Shown in pieces: positions 10,644 through 20,174 of a stretch of 64,000 nt of DNA. The translations under genes were made by a program, and so were the position numbers. The notes beneath the pieces are model-generated. The model had not been told where the DNA came from. It was given only the letters and a program-made list of their open reading frames with translations, and did not search any database. Source of the DNA: an uncultured Methanomicrobiales archaeon (GTDB lineage Archaea > Halobacteriota > Methanomicrobia > Methanomicrobiales > Methanospirillaceae); contig CAVWXH010000003.1 of NCBI GenBank assembly GCA_963758915.1, positions 224,001 to 288,000 on the forward strand. The letters are read 5' to 3'. Each line of letters starts with the position of its first letter. Position 1 is the first letter of the stretch.

Positions 10644-11255
10644 GTTTCAATCAATCCTTCGTTCGCATTTCGTGACCATAACCGGGTTTTCCCGGTACGA
10701 TCGTTTTCGGAACTCCCTGGTGACAGGTGTCCGTTCTGGACTTTCCGGGGATTTCCACCGGATCCGAGACTGATGTGATGCTCCACGCTCAGTACCTGAT
10801 ATAACCCGCGATCGTTCGTATTTCAGACCTCGTCCCTTCCGTATCTCCCCGTTTTCCGGGAAAAACACAAGGGATGTGTCTTTTTATTGGCCCTCCAATG
10901 GACCAGGCTGGTATTACCAGACTACCTGTCTCGCGAATAGATCCTGATATTCATGCGTCCCCTGAAAGGAGTAACAGTCTTTTCAGGGCGGGCCGTTTTG
11001 GTACTCGTCCACCCTTGACGCACTCATCAGATCCAGCTATGTCAGCCCGTTGTGAATTGTTCCACAACTCCTTCTCGGTAACTCCCATGGAGGAGTTACT
11101 CACCTATGAGAAATCATATGGCCGCAGCAAGGTACCGCCTTCACCATCAAACGCAATCTGCATTGTATGCACATAATTGCCTTTTTATGGATGGCCATGT
11201 ACCCTACCCGTCGTCAAATCCTCATATAGGCTTCCATAACAATTGGAGGGAAGCA
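10644..11255. ncRNA. Candidate long structured RNA / 5' leader of the rpl3 operon
   Basis: No credible ORF; about ten hairpins and nested helices (e.g. 10681-10696, 10908-10920, 10954-11022 enclosing 10960-10988, 11078-11099, 11159-11171); lies between a TATA-like box and rpl3. Confidence 0.55.
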
Positions 11256-11256
11256 A

Positions 11257-11268
11257 ATATATATTTAT
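11257..11268 (-). promoter_or_regulatory. Putative TATA box for the ribosomal protein superoperon leader
   Basis: Minus strand reads AATAAATATATAT, immediately after the T-tract (A-run at ~11286-11299) that follows tfx. Confidence 0.5.
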
Positions 11269-11337
11269 TGTAAACACGGGCATTCAAAAAAAAAGAAAAC
11301 AGATTTCTGGTAACGGGGTTTGCGGAAAATATTACAC

Positions 11338-11742
11338 TTATCCGAAATATAATTCGCCTTCCTCGTTAATATACACTTCAATATTCTCACGCACCTGCCT
11401 TGCCTTGAACCGTTCGGGAGTGGACTCCCGGATTTTGTTAATCAGGGAGATTGTGTCATATTTCACTTTTATACCAAGCTTTTCCGCTTCTTTATAAACA
11501 AAAGGGGAGACTTCAAGCAGGTCAGTGCCTGCATGTATCGTGCAGAGGTGAGTGGCATCAAGGGTATACAGGAAATCAAGGGTATCTTTTGCCCGCCTGA
11601 TATTCTCCATTGCAGATTTTTCGATTGTGCAGACATTCGCCTTGGATGTATCGATAATATCTGCGATCTGCTGCTGGGTCAGGCCCTGTTTCCTGTACCT
11701 GAGCACCTCTTTCTGGCGATCCGTAAGCAACCCCTCTTTCAT
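11338..11742 (-). CDS. tfx: Tfx family DNA-binding protein
   Basis: LLTDRQKEVLRYRKQGLTQQQIADIIDTSKANVCTIEKSAMENIRRAK HTH typical of Tfx. Confidence 0.88.
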   Translation of the reverse strand: MKEGLLTDRQKEVLRYRKQGLTQQQIADIIDTSKANVCTIEKSAMENIRRAKDTLDFLYTLDATHLCTIHAGTDLLEVSPFVYKEAEKLGIKVKYDTISLINKIRESTPERFKARQVRENIEVYINEEGELYFG

Positions 11743-11923
11743 ACCAGATCTCTTTAACTACAAATAATTAAACGCTTTCGGTTAACTGGTAAACTATCTT
11801 TGATAGGGCGCATAGATAAATTTTCAGATTCGGAGTGAAAACACCTTTAGGTCGAGGCAGATTTCAAAATGTTTATATTTATCAGGTCATATAAACGTGA
11901 TATAAAATTTTTGAGGTGTAAAC

Positions 11924-12763
11924 ATGGTAGTTAAAGTAGGAGTTGCGAAATTAGGCAACATTGCAAGCGGCGTAATGGCCGAACTTCTTCTCGACGAACG
12001 AGCAGACCGTGAGGACATGCAGACATTTATGGCAACGAGCGGAACCAAGCTCCAGCCGGAAGATATCGAACGTGTAGTTTCCAATATGAAGGCATGGAAA
12101 CCTGACTTTTGTATCGTGGTTTCCCCGAATGGTGTCCTTCCAGGCCCGACCGGTGCCCGTGAGCAGCTCGCTGCGGCAGGTATCCCGGTTGTCGTTATCA
12201 CTGATGATGTAACAACCAAGAAAGAATGGGCAGAGCTCAAGGAGAGCAAGTTCGGTTACATCATCATGAAGGCAGATGCCATGATTGGTGCACGCAGGGA
12301 GTTCCTCGACCCGGTCGAGATGGCAGACTACAATGGCAACCTTGTGAAAGTCCTCTCGGTCACCGGTGCGTTCCGCAAGATGCAGCTCGCACTTGATGAA
12401 GTAATCAACCAGGTCAAGGCCGGCAAGAAGGGCGCAGAACTCGTCCTGCCAAAGGTCGTCATGACCTCCGACAAGGCAGTTGCGGGAGAATTCTCAAATC
12501 CCTACGCACTCGCAAAGGCACGTGCGGCATACGAGATTGCCTCCGCTGTTGCAATGGTCAACGTAAAAGGCTGCTTTATGACGAAGGAATGGGAACAGTA
12601 CGTCCCGATTGTTGCAAGCGCCCACGAGATGATGAGGGCCGCCACAATCCTCTGTGACGAGGCCCGTGAACTTGACAAGGCAGTCGATGGTGTAATCCGC
12701 AAGCCACACAAGAAAGACGGTGTGCTTGTCGCTAAGACCAAGCTGGTCACAAAACCAGAGTAA
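11924..12763 (+). CDS. mtd: F420-dependent methylene-H4MPT dehydrogenase
   Basis: KLGNIASG...[36 protein letters not shown] motifs. Confidence 0.97.
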   Translation: MVVKVGVAKLGNIASGVMAELLLDERADREDMQTFMATSGTKLQPEDIERVVSNMKAWKPDFCIVVSPNGVLPGPTGAREQLAAAGIPVVVITDDVTTKKEWAELKESKFGYIIMKADAMIGARREFLDPVEMADYNGNLVKVLSVTGAFRKMQLALDEVINQVKAGKKGAELVLPKVVMTSDKAVAGEFSNPYALAKARAAYEIASAVAMVNVKGCFMTKEWEQYVPIVASAHEMMRAATILCDEARELDKAVDGVIRKPHKKDGVLVAKTKLVTKPE

Positions 12764-12767
12764 AACC

Positions 12768-12786
12768 TTTTTTTACTCTTTTTTTT
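12768..12786 (+). terminator. Oligo-T terminator after mtd
   Basis: TTTTTTTACTCTTTTTTTT directly after stop. Confidence 0.6.
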
Positions 12787-12933
12787 ACTGTTCCTGAATC
12801 AGTTGATTTGGGTTTTCTGACAAGCAATCCCGCGGGGCAGTTACGCAACCCCCATCCTCTGCTTCCTTCTGCATAGACAACGACAAGGCTGGAGAAGGTG
12901 TGGGATATATCCCGGTTGAGATTAGGTTAGTAT

Positions 12934-13194
12934 GGCCTATAGAAATCCTCTCAAATCTGTCTTGCAGATTGGTAATTCCAAAATTTCCTCACGCTCGGGG
13001 CTCATGGCCCGCCGCCTGGCGACCCCGGGTGGGATAGGGATTAATCTCCAAATCTAGGAAATTTTGAGGGATACTACCGTTGAACCCTGCCCGAAAGGTT
13101 ATCTCACCGGGGGTCGGACAGGGAGGGGTTATACCCCCACCTGCCTTACGTATTCCCTGTTCTTTTTTCTAAACACACAGGGATTTAACAAAGC
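12934..13194 (+). mobile_element. MITE-like repeat, copy 1 (short form)
   Basis: Aligns by eye to copies at ~17405, 20307 (reverse) and 40840 (ctctcaaat...gattggtaattccaaaattt...ggggctcatggcccgccgcctggcgaccccg); degenerate TIRs ggcctatagaaatcct / agggatttaacaaagc. Confidence 0.75.
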
Positions 13195-13214
13195 AGGAAT
13201 CCCCGGAAACGACT

Positions 13215-14141
13215 CTATTGGTTTTTCCTGTACCATGCTCCAAGGTCTTCGGGGAGCGTAAGGATAACAGGTTCCAGGTGGAGCCTTTCCATGAATGCGG
13301 AATCCGCCAGTGACCGGGCATTAGGGTTAATCCTTGAAATTATCGAGCAGAATGCCCTGTATCCACGATCCGGACCGCACTTGTCAAAGAACAGCGAAAG
13401 ATTGAACGCATGGGTACCAAGGTCCCGGTAGAGGCCGATGACAGAAAGGATCCCCTCAATAAGGGTATCAAGATAGTTTTCGGAGTCTTCCAGGGTTGCC
13501 ACCGGCAGGACCCCCCTGACTTCGCGTTCTCCAAGGGGCACAGCATGTGCAGTCCAGCAAATTTCATCCCCGAAAAGGTACCGTTCGGACCCTTCTTCGT
13601 GCTCCCTCCATGCGTCCCAGTAACACCTGCCATGGCGCTCCAGGTAACGCTCACCATTATTCATATACATCCCGGCAACTACCGGCGCTTGTTCATCCGC
13701 AAGCCCCTGGAGGTGGGGGTGTGCAAGACTGGCACCCGCTGACGGCAGATAATTCCAGTTAATACTCGGGTAGCCCCCGGCCTTGGACAACGAACATACC
13801 TGGGCCATAAAGGCATCATACAGCTGTTTTTTATTAAAAAACTCCACAAAGTGCTCAGATGTAATTACAGTAACCGTGTGATAAGAGGCAAAAGGGTACA
13901 GGTTAGGAAACGTTATACTCTCCCCAAGGCAGATCCGTCCACCACCGGGAAATTCAGGGGTCACTGAAAATACCTGGTCCGGACAAAATGGACAGCCATC
14001 CGAGTCAGGAGAATAAGAATAGGGCACATCTAATCCCCGCTTGGTCCGGTCCGGGCTGATCCTGCACCGAAGTCCGGTCAGCTTCTCCATGCGGTACTGG
14101 AGGACCGAATTTTCCAGTTGCAACTCCCGTATCGTAAACAT
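13215..14141 (-). CDS. GalT-like (HIT superfamily) nucleotidylyltransferase
   Basis: CPFC Zn motif, FPNLYPF, AGASLAHPHLQ (HxHxQ) active site. Confidence 0.85.
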   Translation of the reverse strand: MFTIRELQLENSVLQYRMEKLTGLRCRISPDRTKRGLDVPYSYSPDSDGCPFCPDQVFSVTPEFPGGGRICLGESITFPNLYPFASYHTVTVITSEHFVEFFNKKQLYDAFMAQVCSLSKAGGYPSINWNYLPSAGASLAHPHLQGLADEQAPVVAGMYMNNGERYLERHGRCYWDAWREHEEGSERYLFGDEICWTAHAVPLGEREVRGVLPVATLEDSENYLDTLIEGILSVIGLYRDLGTHAFNLSLFFDKCGPDRGYRAFCSIISRINPNARSLADSAFMERLHLEPVILTLPEDLGAWYRKNQ

Positions 14142-14229
14142 GGCTGATATACTGCCTATTAGGATAATCGGAAATTTAATAGTCTCGATCTGAAATTTCT
14201 AAAAAAAAGTGGATTGTTTTTTGAAGCCC

Positions 14230-15216
14230 TTATACAACGTACTTGCCAAGGAGCCGGATAGATGTGGTCATGTCCGGACCGAGTGGTGAGCCGAAGATAA
14301 TCTGGGTAACACCGGATTGGGTCAGTGCTTCACACTTTGCCTTTACCATTTCAGGTGTTCCGGCAATTGTGAATGCATCGATCTCTTTGTCGCCAACGAG
14401 TTCTCCGACAGTTTTGAAGTCGAACTTGCCCAGCGCATCCTTGATCTTTGCAACATTGTTCAGGTCAAGACCATGACGGGTGAGGAGTTCTGGTGGTGAA
14501 CCGGCCGCAATGAATGCTGCAACTATTTTTGCTGCATTACGGGCTTTCTTCTCGTTCATGTCGATAGACATGGCGGTGTAGGCACCGATATCGAATCCTT
14601 TCTTGCCGACCTTGTCACAGGCTGCCTTGATGATCGGGATTGCAATAGCAAAGTCCTTCGGGTTTGATGCATTGATTAATGCGCCGTCTCCGATGGTCCC
14701 TGCGAGTTCGAGCACCTTCGGGCCCTGTGCACCGATGTAGACGGGTATGCCTTTCTTTCCTGGCAGGTTCACACCTGTGAGCTTGGCACCGTCGTAGTCA
14801 AAGAATTCCATGCCGGACTTCTTGATTTCCTCTCCGCCCCAGAGTTTGCGCATCTGGATTACTGCTTCTTTCAGCCGCGCAACTGGTTTATCTGGCTTTA
14901 TTGCAAGCTTTGGAAGGGTTGAGAGGTCTCCGGGTCCAATACCCATTACAGCACGCCCGTCCGAAATCTCGTTTAATGTGCAGGCAAAGGATGCCATTGC
15001 TGCCGGAGTGTCGGTGAACGCATTCATGATACCCGGTCCCATCTTCAGGGTGGTTGTTGCCTGTGCAATTGCGGCAAGCGTGGGGTAGCAGTGGCGGTTG
15101 TTGTAGTGGTTGGTGATCCATGCAAAGTCAATATCTTTTGACTCTGCGAGTTTGCAGAAATTAACTACCTGCTTGACATTAACATTTCCTGGTACAAATT
15201 CTATTCCATAAGTCAA
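14230..15216 (-). CDS. mer: F420-dependent methylene-H4MPT reductase
   Basis: YGIEFVP, WITNHYNNR, IGAQGPK, IIFGSPLGP motifs; TTG start with GAGGTGA RBS. Confidence 0.96.
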   Translation of the reverse strand: MTYGIEFVPGNVNVKQVVNFCKLAESKDIDFAWITNHYNNRHCYPTLAAIAQATTTLKMGPGIMNAFTDTPAAMASFACTLNEISDGRAVMGIGPGDLSTLPKLAIKPDKPVARLKEAVIQMRKLWGGEEIKKSGMEFFDYDGAKLTGVNLPGKKGIPVYIGAQGPKVLELAGTIGDGALINASNPKDFAIAIPIIKAACDKVGKKGFDIGAYTAMSIDMNEKKARNAAKIVAAFIAAGSPPELLTRHGLDLNNVAKIKDALGKFDFKTVGELVGDKEIDAFTIAGTPEMVKAKCEALTQSGVTQIIFGSPLGPDMTTSIRLLGKYVV

Positions 15217-15703
15217 GGCTAATTCACCTCACTGTGTACCTATCGCCCGTGCGTTTAAATAAATTATTATTTTCCTTTCTTCCCAACGTGCAATTTTTAA
15301 CAGCCCACTGGTTTCCGGGGAGTTTCCATTCGCACCGGGAGCATGGATTATGTAAAAATATGCTGAACGCAGAGAGATAACCAGTATCCGGATATAAGGA
15401 GGGATAATCGCCTCCTGGAGAGACTAAAAAAGAGCAGCAGGAAAAAAGACAGGGGAAAACCGGAGAATATGACAGGGGAATCATTGACCTATCACAAACA
15501 CTTTAAGAGATTAGTTAAAAATCTTGGGTAAGAATAGTTTTCACGGGAAGTAAGAGCCCGGATTTTCTTTGTACTGATATTCAGGATTGCCAGCAGTTGC
15601 CCAGGTCAGGGAAGTGGCCCCGGCCAACACAAGGGGGTAATTGACATCCGGGCACCACCCGGACCTGCGTGCAGGGGAAATTATTCAGAAGGAACAGGTC
15701 AGT

Positions 15704-17401
15704 ATGCGGATATTTGCGATCGGACTTGGAGGTGCAGGATGCCGGATAGCAGATATGCTCTATGGCCAGGACCACCAGTTCAGTAAGGTCTCATGCGTGG
15801 AGGCCATTGCAATTGATCGCGATGCCGGTACACTCAATCACCTTGCCCACATCCCCGTAGGGAAGAGAATATATTTCCCCTCTGTATCACTCCAGACGGA
15901 GGATATTACGGATGATATAACGATTGATGAAATCATTAACCTGCTCCACAATCTCGATACCGGTGACAAAGACGCGATTATTCTCTGTACCGGTGCAGGG
16001 GGTACCATGGCAGGCGTGGGAGTTGCCATCCTGGAAAAGGTCAGGTCGGTGGTAGTCGAGCCGGTTTTCGCACTTGTTACCCTGCCTGCTCTCGGGGAGG
16101 GGAGAAGGACTTCTGCAAAGGCTGCGCAGGATATTGACCGGCTTCTCCCGCTGGTCGAAGGGATCATCATATTCGATAATGAAAAACTGCCAGGCCCTGC
16201 AGAGGCAGATGGGAATGAGAGCCGGAAGAATGCCTCCCGGAAACTAATCCCGCCTGCCAAAGCCCGATCCACTGATGACAGGCAGGTGAAATATAAAGCC
16301 CAGAATACCGGCATCGCAAGGCGCCTGGGGTTATTGCTCAGGGCGGGTGAGATCAGCGAAGGGGGGGCTATTGAAACCGGAGAAGTGGTCCTTGACGCCG
16401 GGGAAATCCTCAATACAATCAGGGGGATGGGATTTATTGCCATTGGATATGCCGCAGCTGACACCGGCGGGGGAAAATTCCATATCGGTAGTCTGTTCCA
16501 CCCTTCGGGAACACAGGTTGAATCCGGACATAAAAAGGCTGAAAGGCTGGTTGACCTCGCAAAAGAGGCAATATATGAGAATATTTCTGTACCGTGCGAT
16601 TTAACAAGCGCAGAAAAAGCCCTCATTCTTGTTGCCGGGCCCACACAGGCAATAAGCATGAAAGGTTTTATGACCGTCAGAAAATGGATTGACCGCAGTA
16701 TTGCAGGCATGGAGATGCGTTCAGGGGATTACCCGGTAAAAAATACCCGTTATATTGCCATTATCATCATCCTTGCAGGCCTTTCCAATATTCCAAGAAT
16801 TAACGAAATCCGGGGGATCAGGGATGATTACACGGTCGAAAACCCCGGGTGGGAGCGGGAGTGGCACAAGCAGGCGTACCGGGTGCCGGACCACGGTACC
16901 GTGGTGCGGAAAGCAACCGGTCTCCAAGGCACCCTCGCTGGTACGATCAGCGCCGGGCAGGAGAACATCCAGGCATTCATTCGTACCCGGATCCCCGAAC
17001 ACGGGCAACAGAAATCTTCCGCAAAACCTGAACATGGCAGGGGGGCGGTAAGAAGCATCCCGTTTTTTGGCAGGCACAAGGCCCCGGCGACCAGGGAAAC
17101 GGGGGTTCCTGGCACCCCTGCGCTGCCAGGCAGAGATGATAAGACGCCCCCTGTGCATGAGATCGGAACGCCACTTCCCGATAATACGGGACATAGAACA
17201 GTCATTCCTGAAATTTCGCACGATACACCAGGTACCGCGACAAGTGATAGCAACCCCGGTGGCGAGAAAAAGAACCAGGAGCCCCCCTTAAACGCCAGAA
17301 ACGGACCTGTGCCACCATTAGATGAAGAGACGAATAAAGACCTCGCCTCAGTCGTCGCCCGGGCCCGCGAAGATCTGAAAAAGATGGATGAAAAACACTA
17401 A
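15704..17401 (+). CDS. Tubulin/FtsZ superfamily protein, CetZ-like, with long low-complexity C-terminal tail
   Basis: IGLGGAGCRIAD, degenerate T4 loop GAGGTMAG, FDNE, EVVLDAGEILNTI, RSGDYP; ~190-aa Pro/Gly/charged tail. Confidence 0.85.
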   Translation: MRIFAIGLGGAGCRIADMLYGQDHQFSKVSCVEAIAIDRDAGTLNHLAHIPVGKRIYFPSVSLQTEDITDDITIDEIINLLHNLDTGDKDAIILCTGAGGTMAGVGVAILEKVRSVVVEPVFALVTLPALGEGRRTSAKAAQDIDRLLPLVEGIIIFDNEKLPGPAEADGNESRKNASRKLIPPAKARSTDDRQVKYKAQNTGIARRLGLLLRAGEISEGGAIETGEVVLDAGEILNTIRGMGFIAIGYAAADTGGGKFHIGSLFHPSGTQVESGHKKAERLVDLAKEAIYENISVPCDLTSAEKALILVAGPTQAISMKGFMTVRKWIDRSIAGMEMRSGDYPVKNTRYIAIIIILAGLSNIPRINEIRGIRDDYTVENPGWEREWHKQAYRVPDHGTVVRKATGLQGTLAGTISAGQENIQAFIRTRIPEHGQQKSSAKPEHGRGAVRSIPFFGRHKAPATRETGVPGTPALPGRDDKTPPVHEIGTPLPDNTGHRTVIPEISHDTPGTATSDSNPGGEKKNQEPPLNARNGPVPPLDEETNKDLASVVARAREDLKKMDEKH

Positions 17402-17404
17402 AAC

Positions 17405-17809
17405 CGGTTTGTGGAAAAATACACAATCACGGTGTGTTCACACCCGGACTACGAAGAAGTCCCTTCTAAATCTCCTTATATCCGGGTTTATTCAAGTAAT
17501 TTCATAGGAAATGCTCTCAAATTTATCTTGTAGATTCTGGAATTCCGGCTCTGTTGACATGCTCGCAAATCTCTTTTTGGGATTAAGGGTGTTCCCGGAT
17601 TTACCCGCGCTCCCGGGGCTTATGGCCCGCCGCTTTGGCGACCACGGTTGGGATACGGGATGACTAAATCACTGAAATTTTCTGAAATACGATACTTGAA
17701 CCCTGCCCGAAGGAGATATTACCGGGGATGGGCCTGAGGGGGTGAAATCCCAACCAGTCTTCGTATTTTCCTCTTACTTTTTATGACACCGAAGGGTTTC
17801 AACAAAGCC
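17405..17809 (+). mobile_element. MITE-like repeat, copy 2 (long form)
   Basis: Homologous to reverse complement of 20307-20690 over most of its length; right end gaagggtttcaacaaagcc; internal ~48-nt degenerate tandem duplication; extra TIR-like agggtttcaataaaaac at 17829-17845. Confidence 0.75.
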
Positions 17810-17962
17810 CTGTTCTTTATTACCAATTAGGGTTTCAATAAAAACGCCAATGACCAAAAAACGAGTTACTGACACTTTTTTTGGAGAGGAAATTCAGAAG
17901 ACTTCAAAAACCCAGAGCAGAGCGATGAAAAAAAATATCATGGGACCATCCGGTAACCACCG

Positions 17963-18913
17963 TTAATCCATGTCAACAATTTTCGAAAACCTGATATTGC
18001 CGGCACCGATTTCCGTGGTGATGCGGACACCCTGTTCTGTTGCATTCGCAACAAAATTCATCCCGCTGAAGGATGCAATTGAGATCCGGTGCGGGTTCGG
18101 CTGGAGGTTCAGGACTTTGTTACCCATCTGTACCGGGAATACGAACCCGCATTTCCGCATCAGAATGATCAGTTCTTTTACCCGGTCTTCCGCTGTGCAG
18201 GGGACTTCCCGGACATTGGCAAGCCCTATTCCCGCCTTTGTTCGGACCAGGGTCCGAATCGACGTCAGACCGGCAGAAACAAATAACTGGAGGGGATCGA
18301 TCGTAGTCCCGCGGTAACCGATTAGGTCAAGGAAAGCGGTCGGAGTCCCGTTTTCGATGGCCAACCTGCCACCATAGGCCATTTTTACCGGGATGCCGTT
18401 TCTCTGGAATACACCATCCATGCTGATACTGCAAATCGTCATAATACCAATGCAGTCAGATGGGACCCTCGGGTCGTGATCAATGATCCGGTAGGAACTA
18501 AAAAACCCACATTCTGCCTTTATTACTTCGTCGAAGACCGAAACCACCAGTTCTTCCTGGTCTTTCGGTACGATTGAAAGGTTATAGCCAACATCCCCGG
18601 TCGCAGTTTCGGGATCGAAGGTGGTCCTGAACGCAAGCCGTTCGAGTTTTGAGATGATGAAACCAATGCGGTCCCCTACAAGGGCATTATTGGTCTCTGC
18701 AATCCCGGCCTCGGTGAGAATACGTCCCAGGTTGCCCACTTTCTCGGTATAACCCATCTCGTCCAGGTACTGAAGATAATACTGGACAGCACGGTCAGTA
18801 AGGATGAACCCGCGTTCAGCCATGATCTCGCTGAGACGCTTTGCACCAACGGGCTCACTGTGATCTTTCAGGATCCGGAGGATCTCGATATATTTACGTT
18901 CTGTACGTATCAT
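17963..18913 (-). CDS. nrpR: NrpR-family transcriptional regulator (wHTH plus one NRD/DUF128 domain)
   Basis: EILRILK...PVGAKRLS...LTDRAVQYYL..LDEMG wHTH; TICSISMDG, IGYRGTTIDPL, ANVRE, SGMN NRD motifs. Confidence 0.85.
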   Translation of the reverse strand: MIRTERKYIEILRILKDHSEPVGAKRLSEIMAERGFILTDRAVQYYLQYLDEMGYTEKVGNLGRILTEAGIAETNNALVGDRIGFIISKLERLAFRTTFDPETATGDVGYNLSIVPKDQEELVVSVFDEVIKAECGFFSSYRIIDHDPRVPSDCIGIMTICSISMDGVFQRNGIPVKMAYGGRLAIENGTPTAFLDLIGYRGTTIDPLQLFVSAGLTSIRTLVRTKAGIGLANVREVPCTAEDRVKELIILMRKCGFVFPVQMGNKVLNLQPNPHRISIASFSGMNFVANATEQGVRITTEIGAGNIRFSKIVDMD

Positions 18914-19106
18914 ACGGCCTCACCAATCCCATCCTGATCCATTGTCGGCTCTTATTAACGTCCTCATATTCACGCACGTGTACTCTGTCCCTGTTAACTC
19001 TGGATTTATTCCTTAATAGTTGATCTGTCGGCTGATGGGATCAACCTTTTGTGCCCCTGATCCTGGCTGATCCTTTACAGGAGGACCCAAATGGCTTATG
19101 ACAGAT

Positions 19107-19661
19107 CTACTCTTCCTTCGAATGGATTGCGCCATGGCTGTCCTGGTACCTGCCATTGTAGAGCCTGTTTCCACCTTTCACTTCATGGATAATCATCTGG
19201 ACAACCCGGTTATGCTGATACAGGGGAACATCTCCGGGCCCCATATTAATTAGACACAGCGTCAATTGCCCCCGGAACCCCGGGTCGACAAAACCCGCTG
19301 CTATCATTACTCCCTTCCGGCCAAATGATGACCGGCACCGGAGCGTGGCTGCGAGGTCAGCAGGTAACTCCACCCACTCAAGGGTGGGAACAAGACTACA
19401 TGCACCCCGTGGCAGGAGCAGGTCATGCGCAACCCTGAGGTCATAGGATGCAGGCTGAAGGCATTCCCCGGAGAACGGGGTGATGATGAGATCATATCCA
19501 TCTGCGGGTGAAGAATTGGTGGTATCAGCTACACCATCGGGTGCACAGGTATCATGACAACCGCAGGCAGCTGTCTCAGGAATACAACCGTCCGGCCGGT
19601 CATTGATGCAGCCTGACTCATACAGTCTTTTCGCTATCTCATGGGCGGAGAGAATCATCAT
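19107..19661 (-). CDS. dcd: dCTP deaminase (trimeric dUTPase superfamily)
   Basis: MILS, LQPASYDLR, RSSFGRKG, AGFVDPGFRGQLTL, YNGRYQ motifs. Confidence 0.9.
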   Translation of the reverse strand: MMILSAHEIAKRLYESGCINDRPDGCIPETAACGCHDTCAPDGVADTTNSSPADGYDLIITPFSGECLQPASYDLRVAHDLLLPRGACSLVPTLEWVELPADLAATLRCRSSFGRKGVMIAAGFVDPGFRGQLTLCLINMGPGDVPLYQHNRVVQMIIHEVKGGNRLYNGRYQDSHGAIHSKEE

Positions 19662-19715
19662 TACTCAGTCGGTAGAAAAATGCTTAATAGGTTACGATTG
19701 CAATATGCAAGGGCT

Positions 19716-19787
19716 GGATCCATAGGGTAGAGGACATCCTCTTGGGCTTCGAACCCAAGGACGCGGGTTCGATTCCCGCTGGGTCCG
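19716..19787 (+). tRNA. tRNA-Arg(TCG)
   Basis: Acceptor GGATCCA/TGGGTCC, anticodon arm TTGGG-CT-TCG-AA-CCCAA, T-arm GTTCGATTC; CCA not encoded; T-tract downstream. Confidence 0.95.
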
Positions 19788-20036
19788 TTTATTTTTTTTC
19801 CTAACCCTTCGTACCATGTTAAGCCCCGGAGCATTGTATTGGGAATGCCCGGTTACCCGGAGTGAAGCATCCCGGGATGAACAGAAAGTTAGAACGGTTT
19901 TCCGAAAGATTACGAGAATCACAGGTCAGTTTTTCGTTTATTCAAAGGTTTTACAGGCTGGTACCAACGATACATGGATATTTTTAAGAAGGAAAACGCT
20001 AAATATAATCAACCAAAGGCGTAGCGAGGTGATTGT

Positions 20037-20174
20037 ATACCAACGAGTAAGAAACAGCTGGTAAAGCTGAACCAGGCAAAGAAGGCCAAAGCAGAAGAGC
20101 TCTCGAAGCAGGCGGCTGCGGGTAGCCAAGAGGCCAAGAAAAAGCTCAAGAAGCTCGAGAAAAAGCTCAAGTGA
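20037..20174 (+). CDS. Small Lys-rich helical protein (45 aa), probable ATA start
   Basis: (M)PTSKKQLVKLNQAKKAKAEELSKQAAAGSQEAKKKLKKLEKKLK; TATA-like TAAATATA at ~20000, RBS GAGGTGAT at 20026-20033, T-tract after stop. Confidence 0.75.
   Translation: MPTSKKQLVKLNQAKKAKAEELSKQAAAGSQEAKKKLKKLEKKLK

Noticed and set aside
10647-11176. ORFs 10647-10868 (-) and 10874-11176 (+) as proteins; region as RNase P or SRP RNA
   Set aside because: No recognisable motifs or RBS; lacks the RNase P GAGGAAAGTCC and SRP helix-8 GGAAGG-AGCAG consensus; better explained as a structured leader
15838-16710. 290-aa antisense ORF and many similar shadow ORFs
   Set aside because: Fully overlap well-supported genes on the opposite strand; artefacts of codon bias
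18914-19106. NrpR operator upstream of nrpR
   Set aside because: Only GGATTTATTCC found; does not match GGAA-N6-TTCC
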